DNA of 64,000 nt from Gilvibacter sp. (GCF_965601605.1 NZ_CBFCWJ010000040.1:2737-66736); one strand, 5' to 3'; shown: positions 19,874-30,331, counted from the stretch's first letter. A program made the numbers and translations. The notes: generated by a model not told the origin, from the sequence alone.

Positions 19874-21652
19874 ATGACAGAAATTAAGAGACTCTTTGAC
19901 TTCCCCTATTACCAACTGGAAAACCTGCCGCGCGAGGATGCGCTAGTGACCAAAAAAGCCGGCAACTGGACAAAAACATCAACCCAAGAATACGTAGATC
20001 AAGCCAATGCCATTAGTCGTGGTTTGCTGCGTTTGGGAGTAGACAGTGGTGATAAAGTCGCTTTGATCTCCATGACCAATCGCACCGAATGGAATATTTG
20101 CGATATTGGAATCTTACAACTCGGTGCTCAGGATGTGCCGATATACCCAACCATCTCAGAAGAAGATTACGCTTACGTACTCAATCACAGTGAATCTAAG
20201 TATTGTTTTGTTTCCTGCCAGGAGGTTTTGGAGAAGATCAATAAAATCAAAGATCAAGTTCCTACTCTAAAAGGAGTATACTCTTTTGACAGTATTGACG
20301 GTTGTGATAATTGGTCTAAAGTTTTAGAACTCGGAGCCGATGATTCCAATCAGGCGGAAGTTCAAAAACGCATGGACGCGGTAAAGGAATCTGACCTTGC
20401 CACCTTAATATATACCTCAGGAACAACTGGAAAGCCTAAAGGAGTGATGTTGAGTCATAGCAATATTGTGAGCAATGCTATCAATAGTTCAACCCGCTTA
20501 CCGATAGTTCAAGGATCTGCTAAAGCCTTGAGTTTTCTACCGGTTTGTCATATCTACGAACGTATGCTGATGTATATGTATCAATACACGGGTACGGGGA
20601 TTTATTTTGCTGAGTCGCTGGAGACCATCAGTGACAACTTAAAAGAAGTACAGCCGCAAGTGATGTCAGCGGTTCCGCGTCTGTTAGAAAAAGTATACGA
20701 CAAGATCATTGCTAAAGGTACTGACCTTACCGGAGTGAAAAAGAAATTGTTCTTCTGGGCTGTATCATTGGGCCTTCAATGGAAGCCTTATCGCGCCAAC
20801 GGCGGATGGTATGAGTTTAAGTTGGGAATTGCCCGTAAACTCATCTTCAGCAAGTGGCAAGAAGCTCTTGGAGGAAATCTGCAAGCTATTGCCTCAGGTT
20901 CTGCTGCGTTGCAACCGCGTTTAGCACGTGTCTTCAACGCTGCTGGCTGCCCTGTTTTTGAAGGCTATGGTCTTACTGAGACTTCTCCTGTGGTTTCCGT
21001 GAACGATATGCGTAACGGTGGACTCCGAATTGGAACCGTTGGTAAAGTATTGCCAGACACCGAAGTGAAGATCGCAGAAGACGGCGAGATCCTCGTTAAA
21101 GGACCTCAGGTAATGATGGGATATTATAAGGATCCTGAAAAATCTGCAGAAGTTTTAAAAAACGGCTACTTCCACACCGGTGATATTGGAGAAGTAGATG
21201 CTGATGGATTCTTAAAGATCACGGATCGCAAGAAGGAAATGTTCAAAACATCCGGAGGAAAATACATTGCGCCTCAGCTTATTGAAAATGTGATGAAGCA
21301 ATCGCGCTTTATTGAGCAGATTATGGTTATTGGTGATGGAGAGAAAATGCCGGCGGCATTTATTCAACCGAATTTTGAATTCATTGCCGATTGGAATGAG
21401 CGCAAAGAAAAAGGCCTACCAGCTGACCCATCCGCTTTGATCAAAGAAGCTAAGCTCATCAAACGCATCCAAAAGGAAGTGGACAAATACAATCAACGCT
21501 TCGGGAAATGGGAGATGATCAAAAAGTTTGAGCTGACTCCAGAAGTTTGGAGTATAGAAGAAGGACACCTCACTCCTACTATGAAAATGCGCCGAAAAGT
21601 GATCAAAGAAAAGTATATGGACCTTTATAATAAGATCTACGACAAAGCATAA
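19874..21652 (+). CDS. Long-chain fatty acid-CoA ligase
   Basis: YTSGTTGKPKGVMLSH, EGYGLTETSP, TGDIG, DRKKEMFKTSGGKYIAP. Confidence 0.95.
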   Translation: MTEIKRLFDFPYYQLENLPREDALVTKKAGNWTKTSTQEYVDQANAISRGLLRLGVDSGDKVALISMTNRTEWNICDIGILQLGAQDVPIYPTISEEDYAYVLNHSESKYCFVSCQEVLEKINKIKDQVPTLKGVYSFDSIDGCDNWSKVLELGADDSNQAEVQKRMDAVKESDLATLIYTSGTTGKPKGVMLSHSNIVSNAINSSTRLPIVQGSAKALSFLPVCHIYERMLMYMYQYTGTGIYFAESLETISDNLKEVQPQVMSAVPRLLEKVYDKIIAKGTDLTGVKKKLFFWAVSLGLQWKPYRANGGWYEFKLGIARKLIFSKWQEALGGNLQAIASGSAALQPRLARVFNAAGCPVFEGYGLTETSPVVSVNDMRNGGLRIGTVGKVLPDTEVKIAEDGEILVKGPQVMMGYYKDPEKSAEVLKNGYFHTGDIGEVDADGFLKITDRKKEMFKTSGGKYIAPQLIENVMKQSRFIEQIMVIGDGEKMPAAFIQPNFEFIADWNERKEKGLPADPSALIKEAKLIKRIQKEVDKYNQRFGKWEMIKKFELTPEVWSIEEGHLTPTMKMRRKVIKEKYMDLYNKIYDKA

Positions 21653-21694
21653 ATTTAAATTGTAGTGTAAGGACTTGCTCCTTGTTTAAGACTC

Positions 21695-21730
21695 AATAAA
21701 GGTGTGGAACGTTCTGCGCCTTTATTTTTT
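21695..21730 (+). terminator. Intrinsic terminator
   Basis: AATAAAGGTG...CGCCTTTATT hairpin followed by a T-run. Confidence 0.6.
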
Positions 21731-21735
21731 TATCT

Positions 21736-22719
21736 ATGAGAAAGTTTTTTTTAGTACTGCTGATGAGTCTGGGCAGTCTCCCCTATAGTTTTAGCCAAAC
21801 CCGTACCGAAGCCTTTAATCAGAATGTAGAACTCGGCGCCATCAGCTGGTACCGCGACTACGATGAAGCCTTAGCTGCATCCAAAGCAGAGCACAAGCCA
21901 GTTTTGATATTATTTCAAGAAGTTCCCGGTTGTGCCACCTGTAGAAACTATGGCAACAATGTGCTTTCTCATCCGCTGCTCACAGAAGCTATAGAAAATG
22001 AATTCATCCCCTTAGCCATCTTCAATAACAAAGGGGGAAAAGATGCTGCTGTACTTAAAAAATACCGCGAACCCAGTTGGAACAATCCGGTGGTTCGTAT
22101 TGTCAATGAAAACGGTGAGAATCTTGTGAATCGCATTGCTGGAAATTATACAGCCTTAGGGTTGTATCAAGGAATGCAAAAAGCATTGCTTAAAGAACAA
22201 ATAACACCACCAGCATATATGGAGATTCTAGCTGAAGAACTGCAACTGCGCCCAGACAATACCAAACAAGCGGTTTACAGCATGTATTGCTTTTGGTCTG
22301 GAGAAAAAGCTTTGGGCTCTTTAGCCGGAGTGGTGAAAACGGAGGCTGGTTTTTCAGGCGGACGTGAGGTAGTAAAGGTTACTTATAATAAGGATGAGAT
22401 CTCCAAAGATGCCATTGATGCTTTTGCCCAACGCAACAGCATCAACCCAATTATTGGTAATGCAAAATTCCGCGCAGCGCTCAATGATGAAGACTATTAC
22501 CTGCAACGCTCCTTATACCGTTACTTGCCGTTGAGCGAAGTACAACGCACCAAGATCAACAGCTTAATTGGGCAAGGCATAGACCCCACGTATATCTTAA
22601 GCCCTTCTCAGGAACGCTGGTTGCAGCTCATCAAGAATAAAACGATTGCCAAAGAGAATCGTTCTGAAAATTCTTTCAAAACAGAATTCCTAGACCTAAA
22701 GCGCGTCCACTCCTTATAA
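21736..22719 (+). CDS. VPGUxxT-family thioredoxin-like protein (Cys form) fused to an MsrA-like domain
   Basis: Signal peptide; QEVPGCATC redox motif; PSWNNPVVR; C-terminal MYCFWSGE...TEAGF resembling MsrA GCFWG. Confidence 0.8.
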   Translation: MRKFFLVLLMSLGSLPYSFSQTRTEAFNQNVELGAISWYRDYDEALAASKAEHKPVLILFQEVPGCATCRNYGNNVLSHPLLTEAIENEFIPLAIFNNKGGKDAAVLKKYREPSWNNPVVRIVNENGENLVNRIAGNYTALGLYQGMQKALLKEQITPPAYMEILAEELQLRPDNTKQAVYSMYCFWSGEKALGSLAGVVKTEAGFSGGREVVKVTYNKDEISKDAIDAFAQRNSINPIIGNAKFRAALNDEDYYLQRSLYRYLPLSEVQRTKINSLIGQGIDPTYILSPSQERWLQLIKNKTIAKENRSENSFKTEFLDLKRVHSL

Positions 22720-22760
22720 CCTAGGTCTGCAAGCTGCTGAATATCTTTTTAGAAATATTT

Positions 22761-22776
22761 ATTATGCATGCATAGT
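22761..22776. promoter_or_regulatory. Palindromic operator (TATGCATGCATA core) overlapping the marR promoter
   Basis: Perfect 12-bp palindrome at 22763-22774, just upstream of the -7 box TATCTTTG (22786-22793). Confidence 0.65.
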
Positions 22777-22811
22777 ATTTTTCATTATCTTTGGGATGAA
22801 ATTTTATCCAA

Positions 22812-23264
22812 ATGAAGGAAAAGACCATTGACTATATTTTGCGAGCCACCTGGATGGCTGTTGCCAAAATGTATAATGAAGAAGCCGGTAAAAAGGGTTC
22901 GACTATGGCAACGGGATTTGCGCTAATCAGCATAGATCCTGAAGAAGGAACTCCCTCTACGGCCCTAGGACCCAAAATGGGCATGGAAGCTACTAGCCTT
23001 TCTCGCACCTTAAAAACCATGGAAGAAAAAGGTTTGATAGAACGCAGACCCAACCCATTAGACGGCCGTGGTGTTTTAATTCATTTGACGGATTTTGGAC
23101 GAGAAATGCGCGATTACTCCAAACAAGTTGTGATCACTTTTGATGAAGCTGTAAAAGAAACTGTAAACAAGGAAGACTTTGCAACCTTTATGCGTGTGGC
23201 CAACAACATCCTAGAACTCATTCAATCAAAGAAAATATACAACGACAAAAAAATTGTATCCTAA
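22812..23264 (+). CDS. MarR-family transcriptional regulator of the beta-oxidation operon
   Basis: SLSRTLKTMEEKGLIERRPNPLDGRGVLIHLT winged helix; abuts the dehydrogenase start codon. Confidence 0.93.
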   Translation: MKEKTIDYILRATWMAVAKMYNEEAGKKGSTMATGFALISIDPEEGTPSTALGPKMGMEATSLSRTLKTMEEKGLIERRPNPLDGRGVLIHLTDFGREMRDYSKQVVITFDEAVKETVNKEDFATFMRVANNILELIQSKKIYNDKKIVS

Positions 23265-25673
23265 ATGGCAAAACGTACCATTAATAAAGTAGCAGTCATT
23301 GGCTCCGGGATCATGGGAAGCGGAATCGCTTGTCATTTTGCCAATATTGGAGTTGAAGTTCTGCTTTTAGACATAGTTCCACGCGAACTCAACGAAAAAG
23401 AACAAGCCAAAGGCTTAACCTTAGAAGACAAGGTAGTTAGAAACCGCATGGTTAATGATGCCTTGACTAAGGCTATCAAGTCTAAGCCAGCTCCGCTTTA
23501 TCACAAAAGCTTCGCCAGCAGAATCACAACTGGAAACTTAGAAGACGATATCGCTAAAGTCAGCGAGGTAGATTGGATTATTGAGGTGGTTGTAGAACGT
23601 CTGGACATCAAAAAGCAAGTCTTTGAGAATCTGGAGAAATATAGAAAACCAGGAACGCTTATTACCTCAAATACTTCAGGTATCCCGATCAAATTCATGA
23701 GTGAAGGGCGCAGTGAGGATTTCCAAGCGCACTTCTGTGGAACGCACTTCTTTAACCCTGCGCGTTACTTGAAACTCTTTGAGATCATTCCTGGACCTAA
23801 GACCAATCCAGAGGTTTTGGACTTCTTGAACGGATACGGAGAACAGTATTTAGGCAAGACCTCAGTAGTTGCCAAAGACACCCCGGCATTTATCGGGAAC
23901 CGCATTGGGATCTTTAGCATTATGAGCTTGTTCCATATGGTTAAGGAAATGGACCTGACCATTGAAGAAGTTGACAAATTGAGCGGACCGGTAATTGGTC
24001 GTCCAAAATCTGCCACTTTTAGAACGGTAGATGTTGTGGGGCTTGATACACTTGTGCACGTAGCCAACGGAATTGCAGACAACTGCCCGGATGATGAACG
24101 CAAACCACTTTTTGTTTTGCCCGATTTCATCAACACTATGATGGAAAATCAGTGGTTAGGAAGCAAGTCCGGACAAGGGTTCTACAAAAAAGTAAAGAAA
24201 GAAGACGGTTCTAGCGAGATCCTTTCCTTGGATCTAAACACCTTGGAGTACCGCGCTAAAAAACGCGCCTCTTTTGGCACTCTAGAATTGACAAAAAGCA
24301 TTGATAAAGTCATTGATCGTTGGCCAGTTTTGGTCGGTGGAAAGGACAAGGCTGGTGAGTTCTACCGCAAGACCTTGGCGGCACTTTTTGCCTATGTTTC
24401 TCACCGCGTACCAGAGATCACGGATCAGCTTTATAAAATTGATGACGCCATGAAGGCAGGATTCGGATGGGAACACGGGCCTTTCCAGATCTGGGATGCC
24501 ATTGGTGTAGACAAAGGTTTAGAATTCATTGCAGCAGAAGGATTAGAAGCAGCTGCTTGGGTTCAAGAAATGCGAGACAGCGGAAGCTACAGCTTCTACT
24601 CTGTAGTTGATGGAGCTACTTATAGCTATGATCGTGACCAAAAGTCTCAGCAAAAAATTCCAGGACAGGATGCCTTTATCATCTTGGACAACATCAGAAA
24701 ATCCAAAGAGGTCTTTAAAAACAGCGGCGTTGTTGTTGAAGATCTAGGCGATGGAATCCTCAACGTAGAATTCCAAAGCAAGATGAATACCATTGGTGGT
24801 GATGTTCTAGCCGGATTAAACAAGGCCGTAGACATTGCAGAGAAGGATTTTGATGGATTGGTGGTTGGAAACCAGGCGGCAAACTTCTCTGTAGGCGCCA
24901 ATATTGGGATGATCTTTATGATGGCTGTAGAGCAGGAATATGACGAGCTCAACGCTGCTATTAAATACTTCCAAGACACGGTAATGCGCATGCGTTATTC
25001 TTCCATCCCAACAGTAGTTGCTCCTCACGGAATGACACTTGGTGGAGGTTGTGAATTGTCGCTACACGCTGATATGGTTGTAGCCGCTGCGGAAACCTAT
25101 ATCGGACTCGTTGAGTTTGGTGTGGGTGTGATCCCTGGAGGTGGTGGTAGTAAGGAAATGGCGCTTCGTGCAGCAGACACCTTCCACAAAAATGATGTGG
25201 AACTCAACGTATTGCAGGAGTATTTCTTGACCATTGGTATGGCAAAAGTAGCTACCTCTGCATATGAAGCCTACGATACCGGAATCCTTCAAAAAGGAAA
25301 AGATATCGTAGTGGTTAACAAAGACCGCCAATTGGCAACCGCTAAAGCTTATGCCCGTATTATGGCAGATCGCGGCTACACCAAGCCGATCCAACGTACA
25401 GATGTAAAAGTACTTGGAAAGCAAGCCTTAGGTATGTTCTTGGTAGGTACAGATTCTATGGAAGCTGGACGCTACATCAGTGAGCACGATAAGAAGATCG
25501 CCAACAAATTGGCCTATGTAATGGCTGGTGGAGATCTTTCAGAGCCGCAACGTGTTAGCGAACAATACTTGCTCAATCTGGAACGTGAAGCCTTCCTATC
25601 TCTTTGTACAGAGCGCAAGACGCTGGAGCGTATTGAGCATATGTTGAAAAAGGGTAAACCATTAAGAAACTAG
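23265..25673 (+). CDS. fadN: 3-hydroxyacyl-CoA dehydrogenase / enoyl-CoA hydratase (FadN type)
   Basis: GSGIMGSGIA Rossmann motif, HFFNP, C-terminal crotonase GGGCE...EFGVGVIPGGGG. Confidence 0.92.
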   Translation: MAKRTINKVAVIGSGIMGSGIACHFANIGVEVLLLDIVPRELNEKEQAKGLTLEDKVVRNRMVNDALTKAIKSKPAPLYHKSFASRITTGNLEDDIAKVSEVDWIIEVVVERLDIKKQVFENLEKYRKPGTLITSNTSGIPIKFMSEGRSEDFQAHFCGTHFFNPARYLKLFEIIPGPKTNPEVLDFLNGYGEQYLGKTSVVAKDTPAFIGNRIGIFSIMSLFHMVKEMDLTIEEVDKLSGPVIGRPKSATFRTVDVVGLDTLVHVANGIADNCPDDERKPLFVLPDFINTMMENQWLGSKSGQGFYKKVKKEDGSSEILSLDLNTLEYRAKKRASFGTLELTKSIDKVIDRWPVLVGGKDKAGEFYRKTLAALFAYVSHRVPEITDQLYKIDDAMKAGFGWEHGPFQIWDAIGVDKGLEFIAAEGLEAAAWVQEMRDSGSYSFYSVVDGATYSYDRDQKSQQKIPGQDAFIILDNIRKSKEVFKNSGVVVEDLGDGILNVEFQSKMNTIGGDVLAGLNKAVDIAEKDFDGLVVGNQAANFSVGANIGMIFMMAVEQEYDELNAAIKYFQDTVMRMRYSSIPTVVAPHGMTLGGGCELSLHADMVVAAAETYIGLVEFGVGVIPGGGGSKEMALRAADTFHKNDVELNVLQEYFLTIGMAKVATSAYEAYDTGILQKGKDIVVVNKDRQLATAKAYARIMADRGYTKPIQRTDVKVLGKQALGMFLVGTDSMEAGRYISEHDKKIANKLAYVMAGGDLSEPQRVSEQYLLNLEREAFLSLCTERKTLERIEHMLKKGKPLRN

Positions 25674-25676
25674 AAG

Positions 25677-26867
25677 ATGAAAACAGCATATATAGTAAAA
25701 GCATATAGAACCGCCGTGGGGAAAGCGCCTCGCGGACTGTTCCGATTTAAGCGTCCGGACGAACTGGCAGCAGAAACGATTGAGTACATGATGAAGGAGC
25801 TGCCGGAACTGGACAAAACCCGTATAGACGACGTTATTGTTGGAAATGCAATGCCAGAGGCAGAACAAGGCTTGAACATGGCGCGTTTGATCTCTTTGAT
25901 GGGATTAAAAGTAGAGGATGTTCCTGGGGTAACTGTAAACCGCTACTGTGCATCTGGAATTGAAACAATTGCCATGGCAACAGCTAAGATCCAAAGCGGT
26001 ATGGCCGATTGTATCATTGCCGGTGGGGCGGAAAGCATGAGCTACATTCCAATGGGTGGATACAAACCTACTCCAGATTACGGCCTAGCCAAGAACGGAA
26101 ACGAAGATTACTACTGGGGAATGGGATTGACTGCAGAAGCTGTGGCCGATCAGTTTAAAGTATCCCGAGAGGATCAGGATGAGTTTGCTTACAACTCCCA
26201 TCAAAAAGCTTTGAAAGCACAGGCTGAAGGGCGTTTTGACGATCAGATTGTTCCTATAGAAGTGAATCACACTTTTGTGAACGCTGCAGGTAAAAAAGAA
26301 ACCAAGAGCTATACTGTAAACAAAGACGAAGGCCCAAGAGCAGATACTTCTTTGGCGGTTTTAGGAAAGCTGCGCCCGGTATTTGCTGACGGCGGAAGTG
26401 TGACTGCTGGTAACTCTTCTCAAATGAGTGATGGAGCCGCTTTTGTGATGGTGATGAGCGAAGAAATGGTAAAGGAATTGAACTTGGAACCCATTGCGCG
26501 CATGGTAAATTTTGCCGCTGCGGGTGTAGAGCCGAGAATTATGGGAATTGGTCCGGTAAAGGCAATTCCAAAGGCTTTAAAGCAAGCGGGCTTAAAGCAA
26601 GAAGACATTGACTTAATTGAACTCAATGAAGCCTTTGCTTCTCAATCTTTAGCCGTGATTCGCGAGCTGGGATTGAATCAGGAGATCATCAATGTGAACG
26701 GTGGAGCTATTTCTCTCGGACATCCACTGGGATGTACAGGAGCTAAACTGAGTGTGCAACTCTTTGATGAGATGCGCAAACGCGATATGAAAGGCAAGTA
26801 CGGAATGGTAACCATGTGTGTGGGAACCGGTCAAGGTGCTGCAGGTATTTACGAATTTTTAAACTAA
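25677..26867 (+). CDS. fadA: Acetyl-CoA C-acyltransferase (3-ketoacyl-CoA thiolase)
   Basis: NRYCASG, NEAFA, GHPLGCTGA, MCVGTGQG. Confidence 0.95.
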   Translation: MKTAYIVKAYRTAVGKAPRGLFRFKRPDELAAETIEYMMKELPELDKTRIDDVIVGNAMPEAEQGLNMARLISLMGLKVEDVPGVTVNRYCASGIETIAMATAKIQSGMADCIIAGGAESMSYIPMGGYKPTPDYGLAKNGNEDYYWGMGLTAEAVADQFKVSREDQDEFAYNSHQKALKAQAEGRFDDQIVPIEVNHTFVNAAGKKETKSYTVNKDEGPRADTSLAVLGKLRPVFADGGSVTAGNSSQMSDGAAFVMVMSEEMVKELNLEPIARMVNFAAAGVEPRIMGIGPVKAIPKALKQAGLKQEDIDLIELNEAFASQSLAVIRELGLNQEIINVNGGAISLGHPLGCTGAKLSVQLFDEMRKRDMKGKYGMVTMCVGTGQGAAGIYEFLN

Positions 26868-26873
26868 GAAGGC

Positions 26874-28685
26874 ATGGAAACAGTAGACAAGCAAGATATT
26901 ATTCGAGGAGGTCAGTTTATCGTAAAAGAGACCTCTTGCCAGGACGTATTTACTCCAGAGGATTTTTCTGAGGAGCAACAAATGATGAAAGAATCTGTAA
27001 AGGAATTCGTTGATCGTGAAGTATGGCCTAAGAAAGAACAATTTGAAAAGAAAGACTATGCCTTGACAGAGTCTGTAATGCGCAAAGCGGGAGAGCTAGG
27101 GTTCTTAGGAGTAGCTGTACCAGAAGAGTACGGTGGATTAGGAATGGGATTCGTCTCTACCATGTTGGTGTGTGATTACATCTCTGGAGCTACAGGATCT
27201 GTGGCAACTGCCTTTGGAGCGCATACTGGGATTGGAACCATGCCAATTACCCTTTATGGTTCTGAAGAACAAAAACAAAAATATGTGCCGCAATTGGCTA
27301 TGGGTGAGGTTTTCGGAGCTTACTGTTTGACCGAGCCAGGAGCTGGATCTGACGCAAACTCTGGAAAAACCAAAGCCGTTCTTTCAGAAGACGGATCACA
27401 CTACTTGATCTCGGGTCAAAAAATGTGGATCTCTAACGCCGGTTTTGCTTCCACCTTTATTGTATTTGCTCGAATTGAAGACGACAAGAACATCACCGGT
27501 TTCATCGTTGAATACGATCCGGAGAATCCAAACGGAATCACTTTAGGAGAAGAAGAGCACAAGCTCGGAATTCACTCCTCTTCTACCCGTCAGGTATTCT
27601 TTAATGAAACTAAGGTTCCTGTTGAGAATATGCTATCGGAACGCGGAAACGGCTTTAAGATCGCCATGAACGCTTTGAACGTAGGGCGAATCAAATTGGC
27701 GGCTGCTTGTTTGGATGCGCAACGCCGTGTAATTGGAGAAGCAGTGAAATACGCCAATGAGCGTGTACAGTTCAAGACTCCTATTATGAACTTCGGAGCC
27801 ATTCAGGCTAAGATCGCAAACATGGCTACTAGTTGTTATGTTGGAGAGTCTGCGAGTTACCGCGCGGCTAAGGATATTGAGAACCGAATCAACATCCGCC
27901 TGGAAGATGGGAACACCCACCAAGAAGCTGAGCTTAAAGGTGTGGAAGAATTTGCCATTGAGTGTTCCATTTTGAAAGTTGCTGTGTCTGAAGACATTCA
28001 GAACTGTACGGATGAAGGGATCCAAGTTTTTGGAGGAATGGGCTTTAGCGCCGATACACCAATGGAATCTGCTTGGAGAGACGCCCGCATCTCTAGAATC
28101 TATGAGGGTACCAACGAGATCAACCGTATGTTGGCGGTTGGGATGTTGGTCAAAAAGGCCATGAAAGGACATGTTGACCTATTAAACCCAGCAATGGCTG
28201 TGGCTAATGAGTTGACTGGAATTCCATCTTTTGAAACTCCTGACTACAGCGCGCCAATGAGCGAAGAAAAAGCCATGATCGCCAAGTTGAAAAAGGTATT
28301 CCTTATGGTAGCCGGTAGCGCCGTTCAAAAATTTGGACCGCAATTGGAAGAGCACCAACAGCTTTTGATGTCCGCTGCGGATATCCTAATTGAGATCTAT
28401 ATGACAGAATCTGCTGTATTGCGCACCGAGAAGAACATTGAGCGTTTTGGTTTGGATTCTCAAACGGAGCAGATCGCGATGACGCAATTGTACTTATACG
28501 ATGCTGTGAACATTGTAAACGATAAGGCCAAAGAAGGGATCATCTCTTTTGCTGAGGGCGATGAACAACGCATGATGCTAATGGGTCTTAAGCGTTTCAC
28601 TAAATATCAAAACAATCCTAACGTGGTGGCTTTGCGCAAGCAGATCGCTGCCCGCGTTGCCAAGGATAACGATTACAGTTTTTAA
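26874..28685 (+). CDS. fadE: Acyl-CoA dehydrogenase (long form)
   Basis: YCLTEPGAGSDA, GQKMWISNAG, QVFGGMGF, RIYEGTNEINR. Confidence 0.92.
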   Translation: METVDKQDIIRGGQFIVKETSCQDVFTPEDFSEEQQMMKESVKEFVDREVWPKKEQFEKKDYALTESVMRKAGELGFLGVAVPEEYGGLGMGFVSTMLVCDYISGATGSVATAFGAHTGIGTMPITLYGSEEQKQKYVPQLAMGEVFGAYCLTEPGAGSDANSGKTKAVLSEDGSHYLISGQKMWISNAGFASTFIVFARIEDDKNITGFIVEYDPENPNGITLGEEEHKLGIHSSSTRQVFFNETKVPVENMLSERGNGFKIAMNALNVGRIKLAAACLDAQRRVIGEAVKYANERVQFKTPIMNFGAIQAKIANMATSCYVGESASYRAAKDIENRINIRLEDGNTHQEAELKGVEEFAIECSILKVAVSEDIQNCTDEGIQVFGGMGFSADTPMESAWRDARISRIYEGTNEINRMLAVGMLVKKAMKGHVDLLNPAMAVANELTGIPSFETPDYSAPMSEEKAMIAKLKKVFLMVAGSAVQKFGPQLEEHQQLLMSAADILIEIYMTESAVLRTEKNIERFGLDSQTEQIAMTQLYLYDAVNIVNDKAKEGIISFAEGDEQRMMLMGLKRFTKYQNNPNVVALRKQIAARVAKDNDYSF

Positions 28686-28710
28686 ATTAGGGTTTTAATT
28701 ATTGTGATAG

Positions 28711-28738
28711 AGCCGCCCTGTTGGGGCGGCTTTTTTTT
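28711..28738 (+). terminator. Intrinsic terminator of the fad operon
   Basis: AGCCGCCC-TGTTG-GGGCGGCT followed by a T-run. Confidence 0.85.
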
Positions 28739-28774
28739 GGCTTCGTTTTTGCTATCTTTATGCAAACAACACTC

Positions 28775-29635
28775 ATGAATCGCATACTATACCTACTCAC
28801 GCTTTGTGGAAGTCTTGCTTTTGGACAAACCAATCCGGATGTTTTTATTGCCAGTATTGACATGGATGAAGAAGGTACCACCATCAATGGTCTACAAAAT
28901 CTATCCAACGATCCGGGTTATGACAACCAGCCGAGTTTTGGCACGGACAATTTGTTGCTCTATGCCGGAAACAACAACGGACAAACGGATATCTTTCAGA
29001 TGCACTCGCGTATGGGGCGCAAAATGCTTGCCGGCGGCTCATTAGCTGGTGGAGAATATTCGCCTCAGCTTATGCCAGATGAGAGCGGTATTGCTGCAGT
29101 TCGCTTAGACACTACAGGTTTGCAGCGCTTGTATCGTTATGAGCGCAGCGGAAAATCCACAGTGTTGATCCCAGATCTTATGGTGGCATATTTTACCTTC
29201 TACGATGCCAATCAGATCGTGGGCTGTTATATTGAAGACGAAACCTTAAACCTTTTTGTACACAAATTAGATGAAGCTAAGACCTATACCTTGCTTAAAG
29301 ATGTAGGCCGCAGCTTCCATAAAGTCCCGGGACAAAACTCAGTGAGTTATACGGCCACAAATGAACAAGGACAGCAAGATGTATATCTGTTGGACATGGA
29401 CAGTTTGGAAAGCTTTTTTGTGACCCAACTACCCATTGGAGTTAATGATTATGCCTGGCTGAATGATTCTCAATTGATCGTGGGGAGTAACAGCAGTTTA
29501 TTTGTATATGACACCTTTGACAAAAAGGACTGGGAAAAATTTGCGGATCTAGACGCTAATGTGATCACAGACATCAGTCGCCTTGCTGTGAGTCCTTCAG
29601 GAACACGAATCGCCTTGGTTGGGATCCCGAAATAG
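28775..29635 (+). CDS. Secreted TolB-like beta-propeller protein
   Basis: Signal peptide MNRILYLL..., YDNQPSF, EYSPQLMP, RLAVSPSGTRIA. The ORF-track start at 28721 falls inside the terminator. Confidence 0.75.
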   Translation: MNRILYLLTLCGSLAFGQTNPDVFIASIDMDEEGTTINGLQNLSNDPGYDNQPSFGTDNLLLYAGNNNGQTDIFQMHSRMGRKMLAGGSLAGGEYSPQLMPDESGIAAVRLDTTGLQRLYRYERSGKSTVLIPDLMVAYFTFYDANQIVGCYIEDETLNLFVHKLDEAKTYTLLKDVGRSFHKVPGQNSVSYTATNEQGQQDVYLLDMDSLESFFVTQLPIGVNDYAWLNDSQLIVGSNSSLFVYDTFDKKDWEKFADLDANVITDISRLAVSPSGTRIALVGIPK

Positions 29636-29707
29636 TAAATAATTATAACCGTTTACCAGCAGCGCTATTAATTGTTAGAGATTCGTTTTATCAGAAACTA
29701 ACTAACA

Positions 29708-30331
29708 ATGATTCAAAGACTAACAATAACATGTTTAGGCCTCCTGCTGCTTAGCTGCAGTAAAAGAGATCCTGTTCGAGAGGTAAGAATACCCGAAGTT
29801 GATTTTGAGCTCACCTCTTGTGGCCAAGCCAATTACCCAGAATGGTCCACATCACCCTATGTCCTTCCCTATCCCGTCGGCAAATCTTATAATATTGGAT
29901 TGACGCATTGCAGCAGCAGTTTTCATGCTGACGGAGAACCGGATCAATTTGCTGTAGATTTTGATATGAGTATTGGAACCTTGGTTACCGCAGCCAGAGC
30001 CGGGCGGGTTATCCATATAGAAGAAAGTGGCCAAGACGGCAATTTCCCCAACAATTTGGTGGTGGTCCAACACAGTGATAACACCTTTGCCCAATACATG
30101 CATCTTACTCAAAATGGAGCCATTGTAGAACTGAATGATCTGGTGGTTCAAGGCGATTCCATTGGTTTTAGCGGATCCACTGGTCTAGCAGGTTATCCAC
30201 ATTTACATTTTATTGTCACTGGCGGCGGATGGACCTTCCCTTACCTTGGTCTTCCCGTGAACTTTAGAAATACGACACCAAACCCCACCCGATTGACCAG
30301 CGGAATTATGTACAGAGCCGAACCGTATTAA
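29708..30331 (+). CDS. M23-family metallopeptidase lipoprotein
   Basis: LLLSC lipobox; H..AVDF, YMHL, GSTG...PHLHF. Confidence 0.88.
   Translation: MIQRLTITCLGLLLLSCSKRDPVREVRIPEVDFELTSCGQANYPEWSTSPYVLPYPVGKSYNIGLTHCSSSFHADGEPDQFAVDFDMSIGTLVTAARAGRVIHIEESGQDGNFPNNLVVVQHSDNTFAQYMHLTQNGAIVELNDLVVQGDSIGFSGSTGLAGYPHLHFIVTGGGWTFPYLGLPVNFRNTTPNPTRLTSGIMYRAEPY

Noticed and set aside
21931-21933. Selenocysteine recoding in the VPGUxxT protein
   Set aside because: The codon is TGT (Cys) and the frame is open; no SECIS is needed.
27633-28172. 179-aa antisense ORF, and the many 60-170 aa antisense ORFs within purL, fad, amidohydrolase, BNR and M36 genes
   Set aside because: They lie wholly opposite well-conserved genes, lack recognisable motifs and are expected from codon bias.
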